The notes beneath the pieces are model-generated. The model was not told where the DNA came from, ran no database searches, and was given only the letters and a program-made list of their open reading frames with translations. Source: Fibrobacterales bacterium (GTDB lineage: Bacteria; Fibrobacterota; Fibrobacteria; Fibrobacterales; JAOPTW01). From it: a stretch of 52,345 bases of DNA. A program made the translations under genes and the position numbers. Position 1 is the stretch's first letter, and the number at the start of each line of letters is the position of its first letter. Where the stretch lies: positions 1 to 52,345 of the forward strand of contig JAOPTW010000064.1 of the NCBI GenBank assembly GCA_051532035.1. Reading direction: 5' to 3'. Shown piece after piece: positions 29,521 to 39,771 of this stretch.

Positions 29521-30186
29521 ATGAGTACTTCAAAACAATTGCTATTTATTCTATTCATTGTATCTTTTAACACATTTGCTCAAGAAAAGTTTAATCAGGT
29601 TGATTTTTCTGAAATAGAAAGACAACAAGTAGACAAGTCTTCAAATAACACATTACAAGCCGATACTACACATCAAAAAACATCTTCAAATATTCATATG
29701 ACTGAACCTGAAATGAAACAAAGTAAAGCTTTACACAATCAACACACTCCAGAAAACTGTAATGAAAATCATAGAACTTATACACCGTTAAGACATAAAA
29801 AGCGTCAATCTATCCACGATTTATCAAAAGAACAACTCCAAGCGAAAGTTAAAAAATTCACCAGTTTAAAAAGCACTGGTACCAAATTATTAATTGGGGG
29901 AATAGTATTAGATGTAATTGGTGCGGGCCTCTATATATCAGGAATTAATGACATGGCCTCCTCCAATGATAACTACAACAATAACTACAACGGTAACTAC
30001 GAGGAAACGAACAATGAGGGAGCAGATAAAGCAGTTTTTGGAGCCCTCATTCTTGTGGGTTCAATCCATATGACCATATTGGGAATTATTCTTCGGTCAG
30101 TAGGGAAAAACAAGGCAATTCGCTATCAAAAACAATTGGACATTTCTTTCAGCCCCAACTCTGTATCACTATCATATAATTTTTAG
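29521..30186 (+). CDS. Hypothetical exported/membrane protein
   Basis: Signal peptide, two hydrophobic segments around an Asn/Tyr repeat, C-terminal VSLSYNF. Confidence 0.7.
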   Translation: MSTSKQLLFILFIVSFNTFAQEKFNQVDFSEIERQQVDKSSNNTLQADTTHQKTSSNIHMTEPEMKQSKALHNQHTPENCNENHRTYTPLRHKKRQSIHDLSKEQLQAKVKKFTSLKSTGTKLLIGGIVLDVIGAGLYISGINDMASSNDNYNNNYNGNYEETNNEGADKAVFGALILVGSIHMTILGIILRSVGKNKAIRYQKQLDISFSPNSVSLSYNF

Positions 30187-30233
30187 TTCATTAGACTAAT
30201 TTACACATATATTACCCAAAAGAAACTAGCCCC

Positions 30234-30800
30234 ATGACAAAACACCTTCTTATTCTAATAATTTCAATTCTCTTTTTTGGTTGCGCGGCACCAAGAATGA
30301 ACCTTTCTCAAGTTGTGACCAATGAGCCTTCAATTCAGGAAGATCAATCTCTTGTATATTTTATTAGACCGAGTAAAGTAGGATATGCTGTCCACTCAGC
30401 TGTCTATGATGATTCTGAGTTTATTGGTTTCGTGCCATACCAGCAAAAACTACCTTATATCACAAAACCAGGAAAACACCGGTTCATGGTAGTTTCAGAA
30501 GCCGCTGATTTTATTGACGCAGATTTATTACCCGGCAAAACATACTATATACGTGTAGTACCAAGAATGGGCTTTTGGAGAGCGCGATTCTCCTTATCAG
30601 CAGTAACAAAACGCCAGCATAATGGAGTGGCCAAGGACTGGATAGAGAACGCTCGTTTGATTAAAAACAATAGTAAAGCCAAACAGTGGGCTAATGAAAA
30701 TAGTGATAGTGTAAAAAAGAAAGAGGCTGCCTACCTAAAAAAATGGCTCTCGAAAGAGTACCGGCCTGTAGTAATGCCTGAGGATCATATTGAACCATAA
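30234..30800 (+). CDS. Lipoprotein, DUF2846-like (probable ApeA-type)
   Basis: Lipobox FFGC; VYFIRPS, HRFMVVSEAADF, GKTYY, PRMGFWRARF; sits at the head of the APE cluster. Confidence 0.7.
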   Translation: MTKHLLILIISILFFGCAAPRMNLSQVVTNEPSIQEDQSLVYFIRPSKVGYAVHSAVYDDSEFIGFVPYQQKLPYITKPGKHRFMVVSEAADFIDADLLPGKTYYIRVVPRMGFWRARFSLSAVTKRQHNGVAKDWIENARLIKNNSKAKQWANENSDSVKKKEAAYLKKWLSKEYRPVVMPEDHIEP

Positions 30801-30847
30801 TTGTATTCCAAATATCGAAAACAGTTCAACTTTCTTAAATAAATGCA

Positions 30848-30904
30848 TTTTATGACCAATTATTCGTGAATATACACCATATTTCGATGAAATTGGTCAT
30901 AAAA
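30848..30904. other. Long AT-rich inverted repeat
   Basis: Perfect 14-bp arms TTTTATGACCAATT / AATTGGTCATAAAA with inner AATAT-ACACC-ATATT. Confidence 0.8.
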
Positions 30905-30920
30905 ACATAAGTCAATTCTA

Positions 30921-30948
30921 TTGAAAATAACCGCTTAAAAGCTATATT
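30921..30948 (+). promoter_or_regulatory. Putative sigma70 promoter of the APE-type operon
   Basis: TTGAAA-16 nt-TATATT, about 85 bp upstream of ATG 31033. Confidence 0.45.
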
Positions 30949-31032
30949 GGGGCATATTCCGCAGTGTACAGTTAGCTCAAGATCTATAAGTCCAACCAAT
31001 GAGACCCGACCCAAAAGAAGTAAATTCCAACT

Positions 31033-31800
31033 ATGAATAACAAGATGGCTTCTAAAGTAATATTTTCACTTGATGGCATTTCTGCTTGGGCTCCCGGTAT
31101 AGAGACAGACAAAGATTGGGGCGAATGGGCAAAGGGGAATAAGGAAATACTCCGTTCAAATGCTACGCCTCCATTAAAACATTTAGCTCCCAATGCAAAA
31201 CGCCGACTCAGTCAACTTACAAAAATGGTTCTTGAGGTCGGACATACTTTAAGCTTAGATAAAAAAGAAAGACCAATAATTTTCAGTAGTGAATACGGCG
31301 AAATTAACGTACAAAATAAAATTAGCAGAAGTTTAATTGAAAGTGGCGAAATAAGGCCTGCACAATTCTCTCTCTCTGTCTTTAATACCCCCCTATCACT
31401 TTTATCTATACATGAAAAAAACAGAGCGGAACAAACCGTTCTTCTTTCGGGGAAGTATGGGGTTTTCAATAGTATTCTCTCACTTATCTCTGATTTAGAA
31501 AACATTGCAAAAAATGAAGCATTACTCATCTTTGCAGATGAGTTACTGCCAGAAGACTATTCAGTTTTTGAAAATGAAGGCGATATTCCTTATGCATTTG
31601 GCTGTAAAATTTCTTCTCATTCTACATCAAACGAAAGTGTACAGATTAATTGTGAAATTGCCCCAAAAACAAGTTCAGAAAACAATATAGCTATTCACCC
31701 CCTCTCATTACTTAAATGGTTATTGAGTAATGAGAAACGTATTACTTATGCTCAGGATGATATGTGTTGTATTTTAACTAAATGTGCGAGCATGATTTGA
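31033..31800 (+). CDS. Beta-ketoacyl synthase chain-length factor (ApeC-like)
   Basis: SAWAPG, RRLSQLTKM, FSSEYGE, PAQFSLSVFN; no catalytic triad. Confidence 0.88.
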   Translation: MNNKMASKVIFSLDGISAWAPGIETDKDWGEWAKGNKEILRSNATPPLKHLAPNAKRRLSQLTKMVLEVGHTLSLDKKERPIIFSSEYGEINVQNKISRSLIESGEIRPAQFSLSVFNTPLSLLSIHEKNRAEQTVLLSGKYGVFNSILSLISDLENIAKNEALLIFADELLPEDYSVFENEGDIPYAFGCKISSHSTSNESVQINCEIAPKTSSENNIAIHPLSLLKWLLSNEKRITYAQDDMCCILTKCASMI

Positions 31801-32552
31801 CCACTCTCGAGATCATACATATACTAAAAAAATCAATATTCTTTGTTCTATTCGGCATTGGTTCATTCCTTTTATACCTATTGGTCCTTCTCCCTTTTTC
31901 ATTCATTATATCCAACCAAGTAACCTATCAACGTATTTCTAGATATGCTGTTTCAAAAACCTTCTCTCTTTTTATAAAAATACTTGAATGGACCCGTGTC
32001 ATAAGTTTAGACGTTAAAAATATTGAAAAACTTCAGTCTAATGAACCGTTGTTGATTTGTGCAAACCACCCCACCCTTTTAGATGTTGTGGTTTTAATCA
32101 GTATGATTCCAAATGCAAACTGTATAGTGAAAGCTTCCCTATGGGGAAATCCATTATTAAGACGTATTGTATCACGTTTATATATATCTAATGCATTGGA
32201 ACCTACTGAAATACTTGCTGCCTGTAAAGAAACAATAGAAAAAGGTAATCAGATAATTATTTTTCCTGAGGGTACTCGAACAGATTGCTCAAATGAACAA
32301 GTACTCTATAAAAGAAGTGCCGCTCATTTATCTCTGAGCATCGGTTGTACTATACTACCTGTATATATCAATACTCCTTCACCGAGTGGAATTGGTAAAA
32401 ATGATAATTTTTTCTCATCTCCAAAAGAGGGAATTATTAGATATACAATTTCAATAAAAGACAAACTGCCTAACTGTAATTACAATAACCTTGCAAGACC
32501 CTTGGCAGCTCGAAAAATTACAAATGATTTAGTACTTGCAACTTTTGAATAA
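31782..32552 (+). CDS. PlsC-type lysophospholipid acyltransferase (ApeD-like)
   Basis: ANHPTLLD and IFPEGTRT. Confidence 0.92.
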   Translation: MCEHDLTTLEIIHILKKSIFFVLFGIGSFLLYLLVLLPFSFIISNQVTYQRISRYAVSKTFSLFIKILEWTRVISLDVKNIEKLQSNEPLLICANHPTLLDVVVLISMIPNANCIVKASLWGNPLLRRIVSRLYISNALEPTEILAACKETIEKGNQIIIFPEGTRTDCSNEQVLYKRSAAHLSLSIGCTILPVYINTPSPSGIGKNDNFFSSPKEGIIRYTISIKDKLPNCNYNNLARPLAARKITNDLVLATFE

Positions 32553-32567
32553 CAAAGGCATCAATAC

Positions 32568-32822
32568 ATGGACGAATTAATAGAAGAACTAAAAATATTA
32601 ATAATATCAGAACTTGACTTAGAAGACCTCGAGCCCTCAGATATTGAGGCAGACCAGCCAATTTTTGGTGAAGAGCTCGGGCTTGATTCAATTGATGCAC
32701 TCGAACTCGGGATAGTTATAAAGAAAAAATACGGCATAACATTGTCTGCAGAAGATGAAAAAAACCGAGAATACTTCTATTCGATCAATACACTTGCAAC
32801 GTTTATTTTTAACTACAAATAA
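32568..32822 (+). CDS. acpP: Acyl carrier protein (ApeE-like)
   Basis: GLDSIDALELG phosphopantetheine site. Confidence 0.93.
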   Translation: MDELIEELKILIISELDLEDLEPSDIEADQPIFGEELGLDSIDALELGIVIKKKYGITLSAEDEKNREYFYSINTLATFIFNYK

Positions 32823-32842
32823 ATACAGAGAGGAAATACTCA

Positions 32843-33082
32843 ATGAAAAGAGATGAAATATTTACGAAACTTGCCACTATTTTAAATGAGACATTTGAAA
32901 TCCCTTTAGATGAAATTTCAATGGACTCTCATATTGTAGATGACCTTGATTTAGATAGCATAGATGCTGTAGATTTAATTGTTAATTTACAAAAATTCAC
33001 AACAAAGAATATTGACCCTGAAAAGTTCAGACAAGTCCGTACCGTTAAAGACATTGTAGAGGCAATTGAACAAGTTCTATAG
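32843..33082 (+). CDS. acpP: Acyl carrier protein (ApeF-like)
   Basis: DLDLDSIDAVDL and FRQVRTVKDIV. Confidence 0.93.
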   Translation: MKRDEIFTKLATILNETFEIPLDEISMDSHIVDDLDLDSIDAVDLIVNLQKFTTKNIDPEKFRQVRTVKDIVEAIEQVL

Positions 33083-33102
33083 TCCAATAAAATGCCTCTC
33101 AT

Positions 33103-33690
33103 ATGAACCAAACTATTAAAACATTTACGATAATCTTTTCTATACTGTATCCGGTCACAATTTTGATCAGCTTACACTTCTATAGTGCATCACCAAAAAC
33201 GATGTCACTCATTTTTTTAGCATTTGGATTTATATATTTCATTACCCATACGAACAACAAAAAGAAAGGCAAGCTCCAGCTAGTCCAGTTTTGGTTTATG
33301 ACATCAGCTATCACTGCACTCGGCATCCTTGGTTTTTTTACAAACAGTTTTAGCTACTTACAATTATACCCCATACTGGTAAATCTTGTATTTTTAACGA
33401 TGTTCACCTATACCCTATTTTCCTCTCCCAATATGGTTTTTCGGTTCGCTGTTTTACAAGATAAAAGTATTTTAGAAAGCCCTAAAAAAGACTCCATTAA
33501 CCGGTACTGCAGAAAGGTTACAATAGTCTGGATAACTTTTTTTATCATAAACTGTTTAATCTCTTTAAGTACTTCAATCTGGGGTGATATCTATATATGG
33601 ACTCTGTATAATGGAGTCATCTCATATATCTTAATGGGACTTATTTTTGGTATAGAATTTATTATTCGTAAATCGTTAAAGGTATCATAA
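33103..33690 (+). CDS. Membrane protein COG4648 (ApeG-like)
   Basis: LYP, YCRKVTIVW, WTLYNGVISYILMG..FGIEF..R. Confidence 0.85.
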   Translation: MNQTIKTFTIIFSILYPVTILISLHFYSASPKTMSLIFLAFGFIYFITHTNNKKKGKLQLVQFWFMTSAITALGILGFFTNSFSYLQLYPILVNLVFLTMFTYTLFSSPNMVFRFAVLQDKSILESPKKDSINRYCRKVTIVWITFFIINCLISLSTSIWGDIYIWTLYNGVISYILMGLIFGIEFIIRKSLKVS

Positions 33691-35057
33691 TGCCTTTATT
33701 TAACCTCGAATACTTAGATACTCTTTGGAATAATAGCACCCAACCTATAGTAATCAAGAATTCAAACAATTTACTTTGGCCAGAATTCAAAAACCAAGTT
33801 TTAGTATTAAGTGATATACTTGCCGCGGACCCCAAGAAAGATTGGACGTTATACACTGATTCTCCGGGAGAGTTCGCTATTGCCTTTTTAGCCTTACTCT
33901 ATGCTGATAAAACTATTCATTTGCACAACCTAAAGCCTCAATCAAATAAGTGTTCCCAGAGCACTGGAATACTCATAGATTCGGACCTATCAACGTATTC
34001 AATCCTTTCGAAAGCCCTCTTTGGCACCATGAATCAAGACAAAAAGCGTACTTACTCTCCCAATCAACAGGTTATTTTGTATACATCAGGGAGTACGGGA
34101 CAGCCCAAAAAGGTAATAAAGAACCTCTTTCAAATTGAAAATGAACTTACCGTCATATCATCAGAATGGGGGGCCGATCTTAACGATACGACACTCTACT
34201 CCACAGTAAGTCACCAGCATTATTATGGTTTTCTCTTCTCAATACTAATGCCGATACTCTGTAAAGCGTCAATAAATCACAAGCGGATTGAATTCCCGGA
34301 ATCTTTAATAAAACTACATCCAGGGCCAATAAGTTTCGTCACAAGCCCAGCGTTTTTGAAACGAATGAAAGTAATACATTTCCCTCTCGATAGCATACCA
34401 CTACCTCAACGTATCTTCTCTTCAGGGGGCTTCCTTCCTCATGACACCGCAATTTCAATTGAAAAACTATTCAACACTCCTGTAACTGAAATTTATGGCA
34501 GTACTGAAACTGGTGGAATAGGATGGAAAATCAGTCCAAAATGCACATACTGGACCCCATTCAAGTGCCTCACTCTCACACAAAAAGACAATGCTATTTA
34601 TTTGCAGTCCCCTTATTTAGAAAATGAAACATTGTATCAACTCGATGATATATTGCAATTTTCTGATGATGGTACCTTTAAACTTATTGGCAGAACAGAC
34701 TCAATAGTAAAAATAGAAGAAAATCGCATAGCACTGAATGACATGATACACATCTTACTCCAATCACCCTTTGTCGATGATGCTATTGTTTATCTCAAAG
34801 ATGAACACCGCCAGTTTCTTATTGCAGCAATTGCATTAAATGATAAAGGACAAGGTCATTTTAAAGAGTTCAAAAAAAATGATATTAACATTCACTTCCG
34901 CACTCTGCTCGCATTAAAATTTCACAAAACAACATTACCCAAAAAATGGCGTTTCTGTCAAAAAATTCCCCGTAACTCATTGGGGAAAATTAATAAAACC
35001 CAGGTACTTGAATTATTTAACAACAAATCTAAGGGCCCATTTATATGGAACATATAA
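33690..35057 (+). CDS. AMP-binding acyl-CoA/acyl-ACP synthetase (ApeH-like)
   Basis: YTSGSTGQPK, TVSHQHYYG, EIYGSTETGG, GRTDSIVKIE, PRNSLGK. Confidence 0.92.
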   Translation: MPLFNLEYLDTLWNNSTQPIVIKNSNNLLWPEFKNQVLVLSDILAADPKKDWTLYTDSPGEFAIAFLALLYADKTIHLHNLKPQSNKCSQSTGILIDSDLSTYSILSKALFGTMNQDKKRTYSPNQQVILYTSGSTGQPKKVIKNLFQIENELTVISSEWGADLNDTTLYSTVSHQHYYGFLFSILMPILCKASINHKRIEFPESLIKLHPGPISFVTSPAFLKRMKVIHFPLDSIPLPQRIFSSGGFLPHDTAISIEKLFNTPVTEIYGSTETGGIGWKISPKCTYWTPFKCLTLTQKDNAIYLQSPYLENETLYQLDDILQFSDDGTFKLIGRTDSIVKIEENRIALNDMIHILLQSPFVDDAIVYLKDEHRQFLIAAIALNDKGQGHFKEFKKNDINIHFRTLLALKFHKTTLPKKWRFCQKIPRNSLGKINKTQVLELFNNKSKGPFIWNI

Positions 35058-35407
35058 TAGACACGCCTCAAGTCATATCTACAACTCAGAGTGCTAATCA
35101 AATAACTCAGCAATTAATATTCCCCAAAAATTACCGATATTTCGATGGTCACTTCCCCTCTTTTAAACTTCTTCCAGCTGTTGCTCAAATAGATTATACT
35201 ATGGAGGTAATTGCACTCTTTCTTGATCAGCCTTTTTCATTAGTGAGAATTCCGCGTATTAAATTTAAAAAACCAATTCTTCCCGATGTTACAGTTGACC
35301 TGACCATAGTAGCCAATAACGATAAGTCGTCTCTCTCATTTACCTTCTCAGACAGTAACTCTAAAGAAATCTGCTCAAACGGTAAAATCAAACTGGAGTT
35401 CAAGTAA
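35045..35407 (+). CDS. FabA/FabZ-like hotdog dehydratase (ApeI-like)
   Basis: FDGHFP...LPAVAQ and IKFKKPILP. Confidence 0.88.
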   Translation: MEHIIDTPQVISTTQSANQITQQLIFPKNYRYFDGHFPSFKLLPAVAQIDYTMEVIALFLDQPFSLVRIPRIKFKKPILPDVTVDLTIVANNDKSSLSFTFSDSNSKEICSNGKIKLEFK

Positions 35408-36159
35408 TGAGTACCTCCTTTAAACCATGTGTTGTAATCCCTGTGTATAATCATGGACAAACGGTTGCCTCAATAGTTACACAACTGAGAGCTATCGAAT
35501 TACCTATTATTCTGGTAGATGACGGCAGCCTGGAAGATACCAGATCAGAACTTAAGCGCATTGCGGATACTACCGACGAATGTCATCTCGAAATACTCAA
35601 TGAGAACCAGGGTAAGGGCGGTGCAGTATTACATGGTTTTAGTCTGGCATATTCTCTTGGCTACACTCATGCCCTACAGGTAGATGCCGATGGACAACAT
35701 GATTTATCCATAGTAGGCGATTTTTTGAATGAGGCGGCCTCTCGCCCTGACGCAATGATAGCTGGCTTCCCTGTATATGACGATTCAGTTCCCCATTCAC
35801 GAAAATTTGGGCGGTTAATTACCAACTTTTGGGTTGCCATTGAAACCATTTCTCTGGATATAAAAGATGCAATGTGTGGATTTCGAGTGTACCCACTTTC
35901 GAAAACACACAATTTAATGAAAAAACGCTCACTCGCAAAAAGAATGGATTTTGACATAGATATTCTTGTTAAACTTCACTGGACCGGGATGCAAATGATA
36001 TTTAAACCAATTAGCGTTATTTATCCGGAAGATGGAATATCTCATTTTAGAATGCTACAAGACAATGTTGCTATTAGCTGGATACATACAAAACTTGTTA
36101 TTGAGATGGTTATCCGTATACCTGTAATTATGTTTAACAAGTTTTCTAGGAGAAAATAG
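35407..36159 (+). CDS. Glycosyltransferase family 2 (ApeJ N-terminal part)
   Basis: VIPVYNH, VDDGS, NQGKGGA, QVDADGQHD, CGFRVYP. Confidence 0.93.
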   Translation: MSTSFKPCVVIPVYNHGQTVASIVTQLRAIELPIILVDDGSLEDTRSELKRIADTTDECHLEILNENQGKGGAVLHGFSLAYSLGYTHALQVDADGQHDLSIVGDFLNEAASRPDAMIAGFPVYDDSVPHSRKFGRLITNFWVAIETISLDIKDAMCGFRVYPLSKTHNLMKKRSLAKRMDFDIDILVKLHWTGMQMIFKPISVIYPEDGISHFRMLQDNVAISWIHTKLVIEMVIRIPVIMFNKFSRRK

Positions 36160-36161
36160 AA

Positions 36162-37151
36162 ATGGCACATTGGTCAGATCAAAAAGAGAAAGGCGGAGGC
36201 CTACGGCTTATGCGCTTAGTATTTAGACTCTATAAATTATTGGGAATTAAAAAAGTCAAAATAATTATCCATTTTATTGTCATTTTCTTTTACTTGTTCT
36301 CTAAATCTTCAAGACTTACCAGTAAAACATTTCTTCTAAAAGTCAAGAAACACAAGGGGGAATCAGAGGTCGTACGAGCCAGAGAAGTTTATAGACACCT
36401 ATTTTCATTTTCACACTCTTTAGTTGAGAAGCTTTCAGCATGGGCTGGTGACAAAAACTCAGGTGATTTAATTAAAGCAACTCCTGACATTACTCCTTTT
36501 AATGAGCGCCTAAATCAAGGCAAAGGGGCCGCTGTAATTTGTTCACACCTTGGAAATGTTGAAATTCTTCGCGCATTTGCCAGCATAGAAAAGGGCGCAA
36601 CTCTACCCGATGTTAGGATTAATTCAATTGTAGACTTTAACGGTACGAGCCAATTTAATGCGCTCATCAAAGAAGTTAACAACAGCTCAATGCTCCATTT
36701 AGTAGATGCATCAGAAATTAACCCTGCGGTAATTATCGAACTACAAGATCGCATAAATGCTGGTGACCTCGTAATAATTGCCGGAGACCGAACAGCAGCT
36801 TCGAATAGAAAGAAAACAACTATCGCACCTTTCTTGGGTGAAGATGCGTATTTTCCTCAAGGGTCATTTATTTTGGCAACCCTCCTAGAAGCCCCTATTT
36901 ACTATATGTTCGGCGTAAGACAAGATGATTTAAATTACAACAGTCCCTATGAATTGCATGTATATAAATCAAAGTTTGAAAGCGAGTTTTCTAAAAGAAT
37001 GCGTAAACAAAGAATTTCAGATCTAACACATGAATATGCTGCTCACCTCGAAAGTCTTTGTCTCAAACATCCTTATCAATGGTACAATTTTTTCAATTTC
37101 TGGGAGAATCCAGACAAAACTCAGAATACTGATAAAGGAACAAGCAATTGA
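36162..37151 (+). CDS. LpxL/LpxP-like acyltransferase (ApeJ C-terminal part)
   Basis: HWSDQKEKG, SHLGNVE, IAGDR, FPQG, PYQWYNFFNFW. Confidence 0.88.
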   Translation: MAHWSDQKEKGGGLRLMRLVFRLYKLLGIKKVKIIIHFIVIFFYLFSKSSRLTSKTFLLKVKKHKGESEVVRAREVYRHLFSFSHSLVEKLSAWAGDKNSGDLIKATPDITPFNERLNQGKGAAVICSHLGNVEILRAFASIEKGATLPDVRINSIVDFNGTSQFNALIKEVNNSSMLHLVDASEINPAVIIELQDRINAGDLVIIAGDRTAASNRKKTTIAPFLGEDAYFPQGSFILATLLEAPIYYMFGVRQDDLNYNSPYELHVYKSKFESEFSKRMRKQRISDLTHEYAAHLESLCLKHPYQWYNFFNFWENPDKTQNTDKGTSN

Positions 37152-38683
37152 ATACTATTACATTAAATGGCACCAGACTGACTATTGAAGATATTGAGAA
37201 TATTTCCAATAAATCGGCAGTATTAAAACTTGATTCAAGTAAAAGCTTTAAAGACACCATTAATAAAGGTGCTGCGTTTCTCGATAAAGTCCTCTTAGAA
37301 AAAGGGGACATTTACGGCGTAACCACCGGATATGGTGATTCATGCAATAAAAAAGTAGACCAAAAAAACTATTATCAGCTGCCAATTAACCTCACGCGTT
37401 TCCATGGGTGTGGAATGGGTGACTTATTTGACCACGATACGACTCGAGCCATCCTTGCCTGTCGTATGCAATCCCTAGCCCAAGGAATGTCTGGAGTAAG
37501 TTTTGAATTAATGGAAGGAGTCGAGAACCTTTTAACACACAACATTCTCCCAAGAATTCCACAGGAAGGATCAGTTGGAGCCAGCGGGGATTTAACCCCT
37601 TTATCTTATGTGTCAGCTGCACTTATCGGCGAAAGAGATGTATCGTATAACGGAGATATTTTACCCGCCAAAGACGTGTTACAATCACTTAATCTTCCCT
37701 TAGTCACCCTGAGGCCTAAAGAAGCTCTTGCCATTATGAATGGAACTGCTGTTATGACCGCTGTTGCATGTCTTGCATTTAAAAGAGCTGAGTATTTAGC
37801 CGAACTCACAACAAAAATCACCTCTATGGCCTCATTGGCCCTCAAAGGTAATGCCTATCATTTTGAAGAGCGACTCTTTGAGGTAAAACCACACCCTGGT
37901 CAAGCCCTGGTAGCCCAAAGAATTAGAACAGATCTTGATCAACATCACGAAATCGGAATCTTACCGGAAAAACTTCAAGACCCCTATTCAATTCGTTGCG
38001 CCCCTCATATCATTGGTGTTTTTCATGATGCCGCACCAATGCTGAGACAAATGATTGAAAATGAACTGAATAGTTGTAATGATAACCCAATAATTGACCC
38101 TGAATCAGAATCAATTATTCACGGAGGCCACTTCTATGGTGGCCATATTGCTTTTGCTATGGATTCATTAAAGAACATAATTGCCAATCTCGGTGATTTA
38201 CTCGATAGGCAATTAGCAGTCCTTGTAGACGAAAAGTTTAATCGAGGGCTTGCTCCAAATCTTTCAGGTTTCAACGATGCCTATGCGTATAATCATGGAT
38301 TTAAAGCGGTACAAATTGCCGTGAGTGCATGGACAGCTGAAGCTCTAAAAAATACTATGCCTGCGAGCGTATTTTCTCGGTCAACAGAATGTCATAACCA
38401 GGATAAAGTGAGTATGGGCACCATAGCCGCACGCGATTGTATTCGGGTCATTGAACTCACAGAGCAAATATGCTCTGCCTGTCTGCTCGCTGTAGTCCAG
38501 GCACTCGACCTGAGAGTTAAGAAAGGTGAGCTGCAACCGGCACGTACCATACACCTCAAAACTATCATTGATCAAGTGCATAACCATTTTGTTTTTTTAA
38601 CAGAAGATCGCCCCTTAGAAAAAGATTTGCGATCAACACTGCAACTTATTAGAGAAAAACATTGGAATCTGGAATATGAATAG
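37148..38683 (+). CDS. MIO-dependent aromatic amino acid ammonia-lyase (HAL/PAL/TAL family)
   Basis: IYGVTTGYG, GSVGASGDL (MIO), QDPYSIRC, NDNP, HNQDKVSMG. TTG start overlaps the upstream TGA. Confidence 0.95.
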   Translation: MNTITLNGTRLTIEDIENISNKSAVLKLDSSKSFKDTINKGAAFLDKVLLEKGDIYGVTTGYGDSCNKKVDQKNYYQLPINLTRFHGCGMGDLFDHDTTRAILACRMQSLAQGMSGVSFELMEGVENLLTHNILPRIPQEGSVGASGDLTPLSYVSAALIGERDVSYNGDILPAKDVLQSLNLPLVTLRPKEALAIMNGTAVMTAVACLAFKRAEYLAELTTKITSMASLALKGNAYHFEERLFEVKPHPGQALVAQRIRTDLDQHHEIGILPEKLQDPYSIRCAPHIIGVFHDAAPMLRQMIENELNSCNDNPIIDPESESIIHGGHFYGGHIAFAMDSLKNIIANLGDLLDRQLAVLVDEKFNRGLAPNLSGFNDAYAYNHGFKAVQIAVSAWTAEALKNTMPASVFSRSTECHNQDKVSMGTIAARDCIRVIELTEQICSACLLAVVQALDLRVKKGELQPARTIHLKTIIDQVHNHFVFLTEDRPLEKDLRSTLQLIREKHWNLEYE

Positions 38684-39107
38684 CCTTTACAGCGACACCC
38701 CTCTAAAAATTGAATTTTTTGATCTCGATCCAATGAATATTGTATGGCATGGAAATTACATTAAATATTATGAACAAGCACGCCGTACGTTACTTGACTA
38801 CATAGGCTATGGCTATAAGGAAATGAAAGAAAGTGGTTATGCCTGGCCCGTGGTAAAATCATCGTCAAAATATATTCATCCCATAACGTATGGAGATGTA
38901 GTGAGTGTAAGAGCAACCTTAGCTGAATATGAAAACCGCATTCGAATCACCTACATTTTTTTTAACCCTGAAACAAAAAAAACACTCCACAAAGGTGAAA
39001 CGGTTCAAATGTGTGTAGATATAAAAACAGGTATAAGCCTCTTTGCCTCCCCCGATATATTTGTTGAAAAAGTTACTGTACTCCAGGAAAAGAGTCTCCA
39101 TGCATAA
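38676..39107 (+). CDS. Acyl-CoA thioesterase, 4HBT/YbgC-like (ApeK-like)
   Basis: DLDPMNIVWHGNYIKYYEQAR. Confidence 0.92.
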   Translation: MNSLYSDTPLKIEFFDLDPMNIVWHGNYIKYYEQARRTLLDYIGYGYKEMKESGYAWPVVKSSSKYIHPITYGDVVSVRATLAEYENRIRITYIFFNPETKKTLHKGETVQMCVDIKTGISLFASPDIFVEKVTVLQEKSLHA

Positions 39108-39771
39108 AACCCTACTGTTTATAACGCTTTTATTTATTGCTATTCCTCTCGCCTATGCACAAGGTCTCACCCAAATAGAATTTAAGACGTTATTGGAGTC
39201 ACCACTTACAATAAGTAATGACAAAAAAGTCGAATCAATTTTTTCATCATTCAATACCCATCCATATATCCGTTGTAACTACTTACAAACTAAGACTATT
39301 AAAAGGCTCAATCGCTCAATACAATCATCGGGTACAATGTTATTCCACAAAGAAAAAGGGCTCGCTTGGATGGCAGAAAAACCATTCATTTCAACAACAG
39401 TATTAACTCATTCATCAATTGTTCATATTTCCAAAGCTGGTAAGAGAAAAATACTCATGTCTTCAGAGAACCCTATGTTCAACACTTTTTCTCAAACAAT
39501 TCAATCGGTATTTCGCGGAAATTATTCCGACATCAAGGACAACTATACTCTGTATTATCGAACAGTAAACACTATCTGGCATATTGGCCTCATTCCCAAA
39601 GATGGTGCCGTAAAACTTATCACAAAAGCATTTGAATTAACAGGAAATGATTATCTCACAACATTTAAAATTTATGAAAAAAATGGTGATGAAGTTCTGT
39701 ATACATTTTCAAATCATACATTCCTCGAAGAATTAACCAGTATTGAAAACAAGTCTTTCGAATATGAATAA
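39100..39771 (+). CDS. LolA-like lipid carrier (ApeL-like)
   Basis: Signal peptide, QTKTIKRL..SIQSSG, KGLAW..EKPF. Start overlaps the thioesterase stop. Confidence 0.85.
   Translation: MHKTLLFITLLFIAIPLAYAQGLTQIEFKTLLESPLTISNDKKVESIFSSFNTHPYIRCNYLQTKTIKRLNRSIQSSGTMLFHKEKGLAWMAEKPFISTTVLTHSSIVHISKAGKRKILMSSENPMFNTFSQTIQSVFRGNYSDIKDNYTLYYRTVNTIWHIGLIPKDGAVKLITKAFELTGNDYLTTFKIYEKNGDEVLYTFSNHTFLEELTSIENKSFEYE

Noticed and set aside
29968..30000. 12-bp AACTACAAC-type repeats
   Set aside because: Ordinary in-frame low-complexity Asn/Tyr loop.
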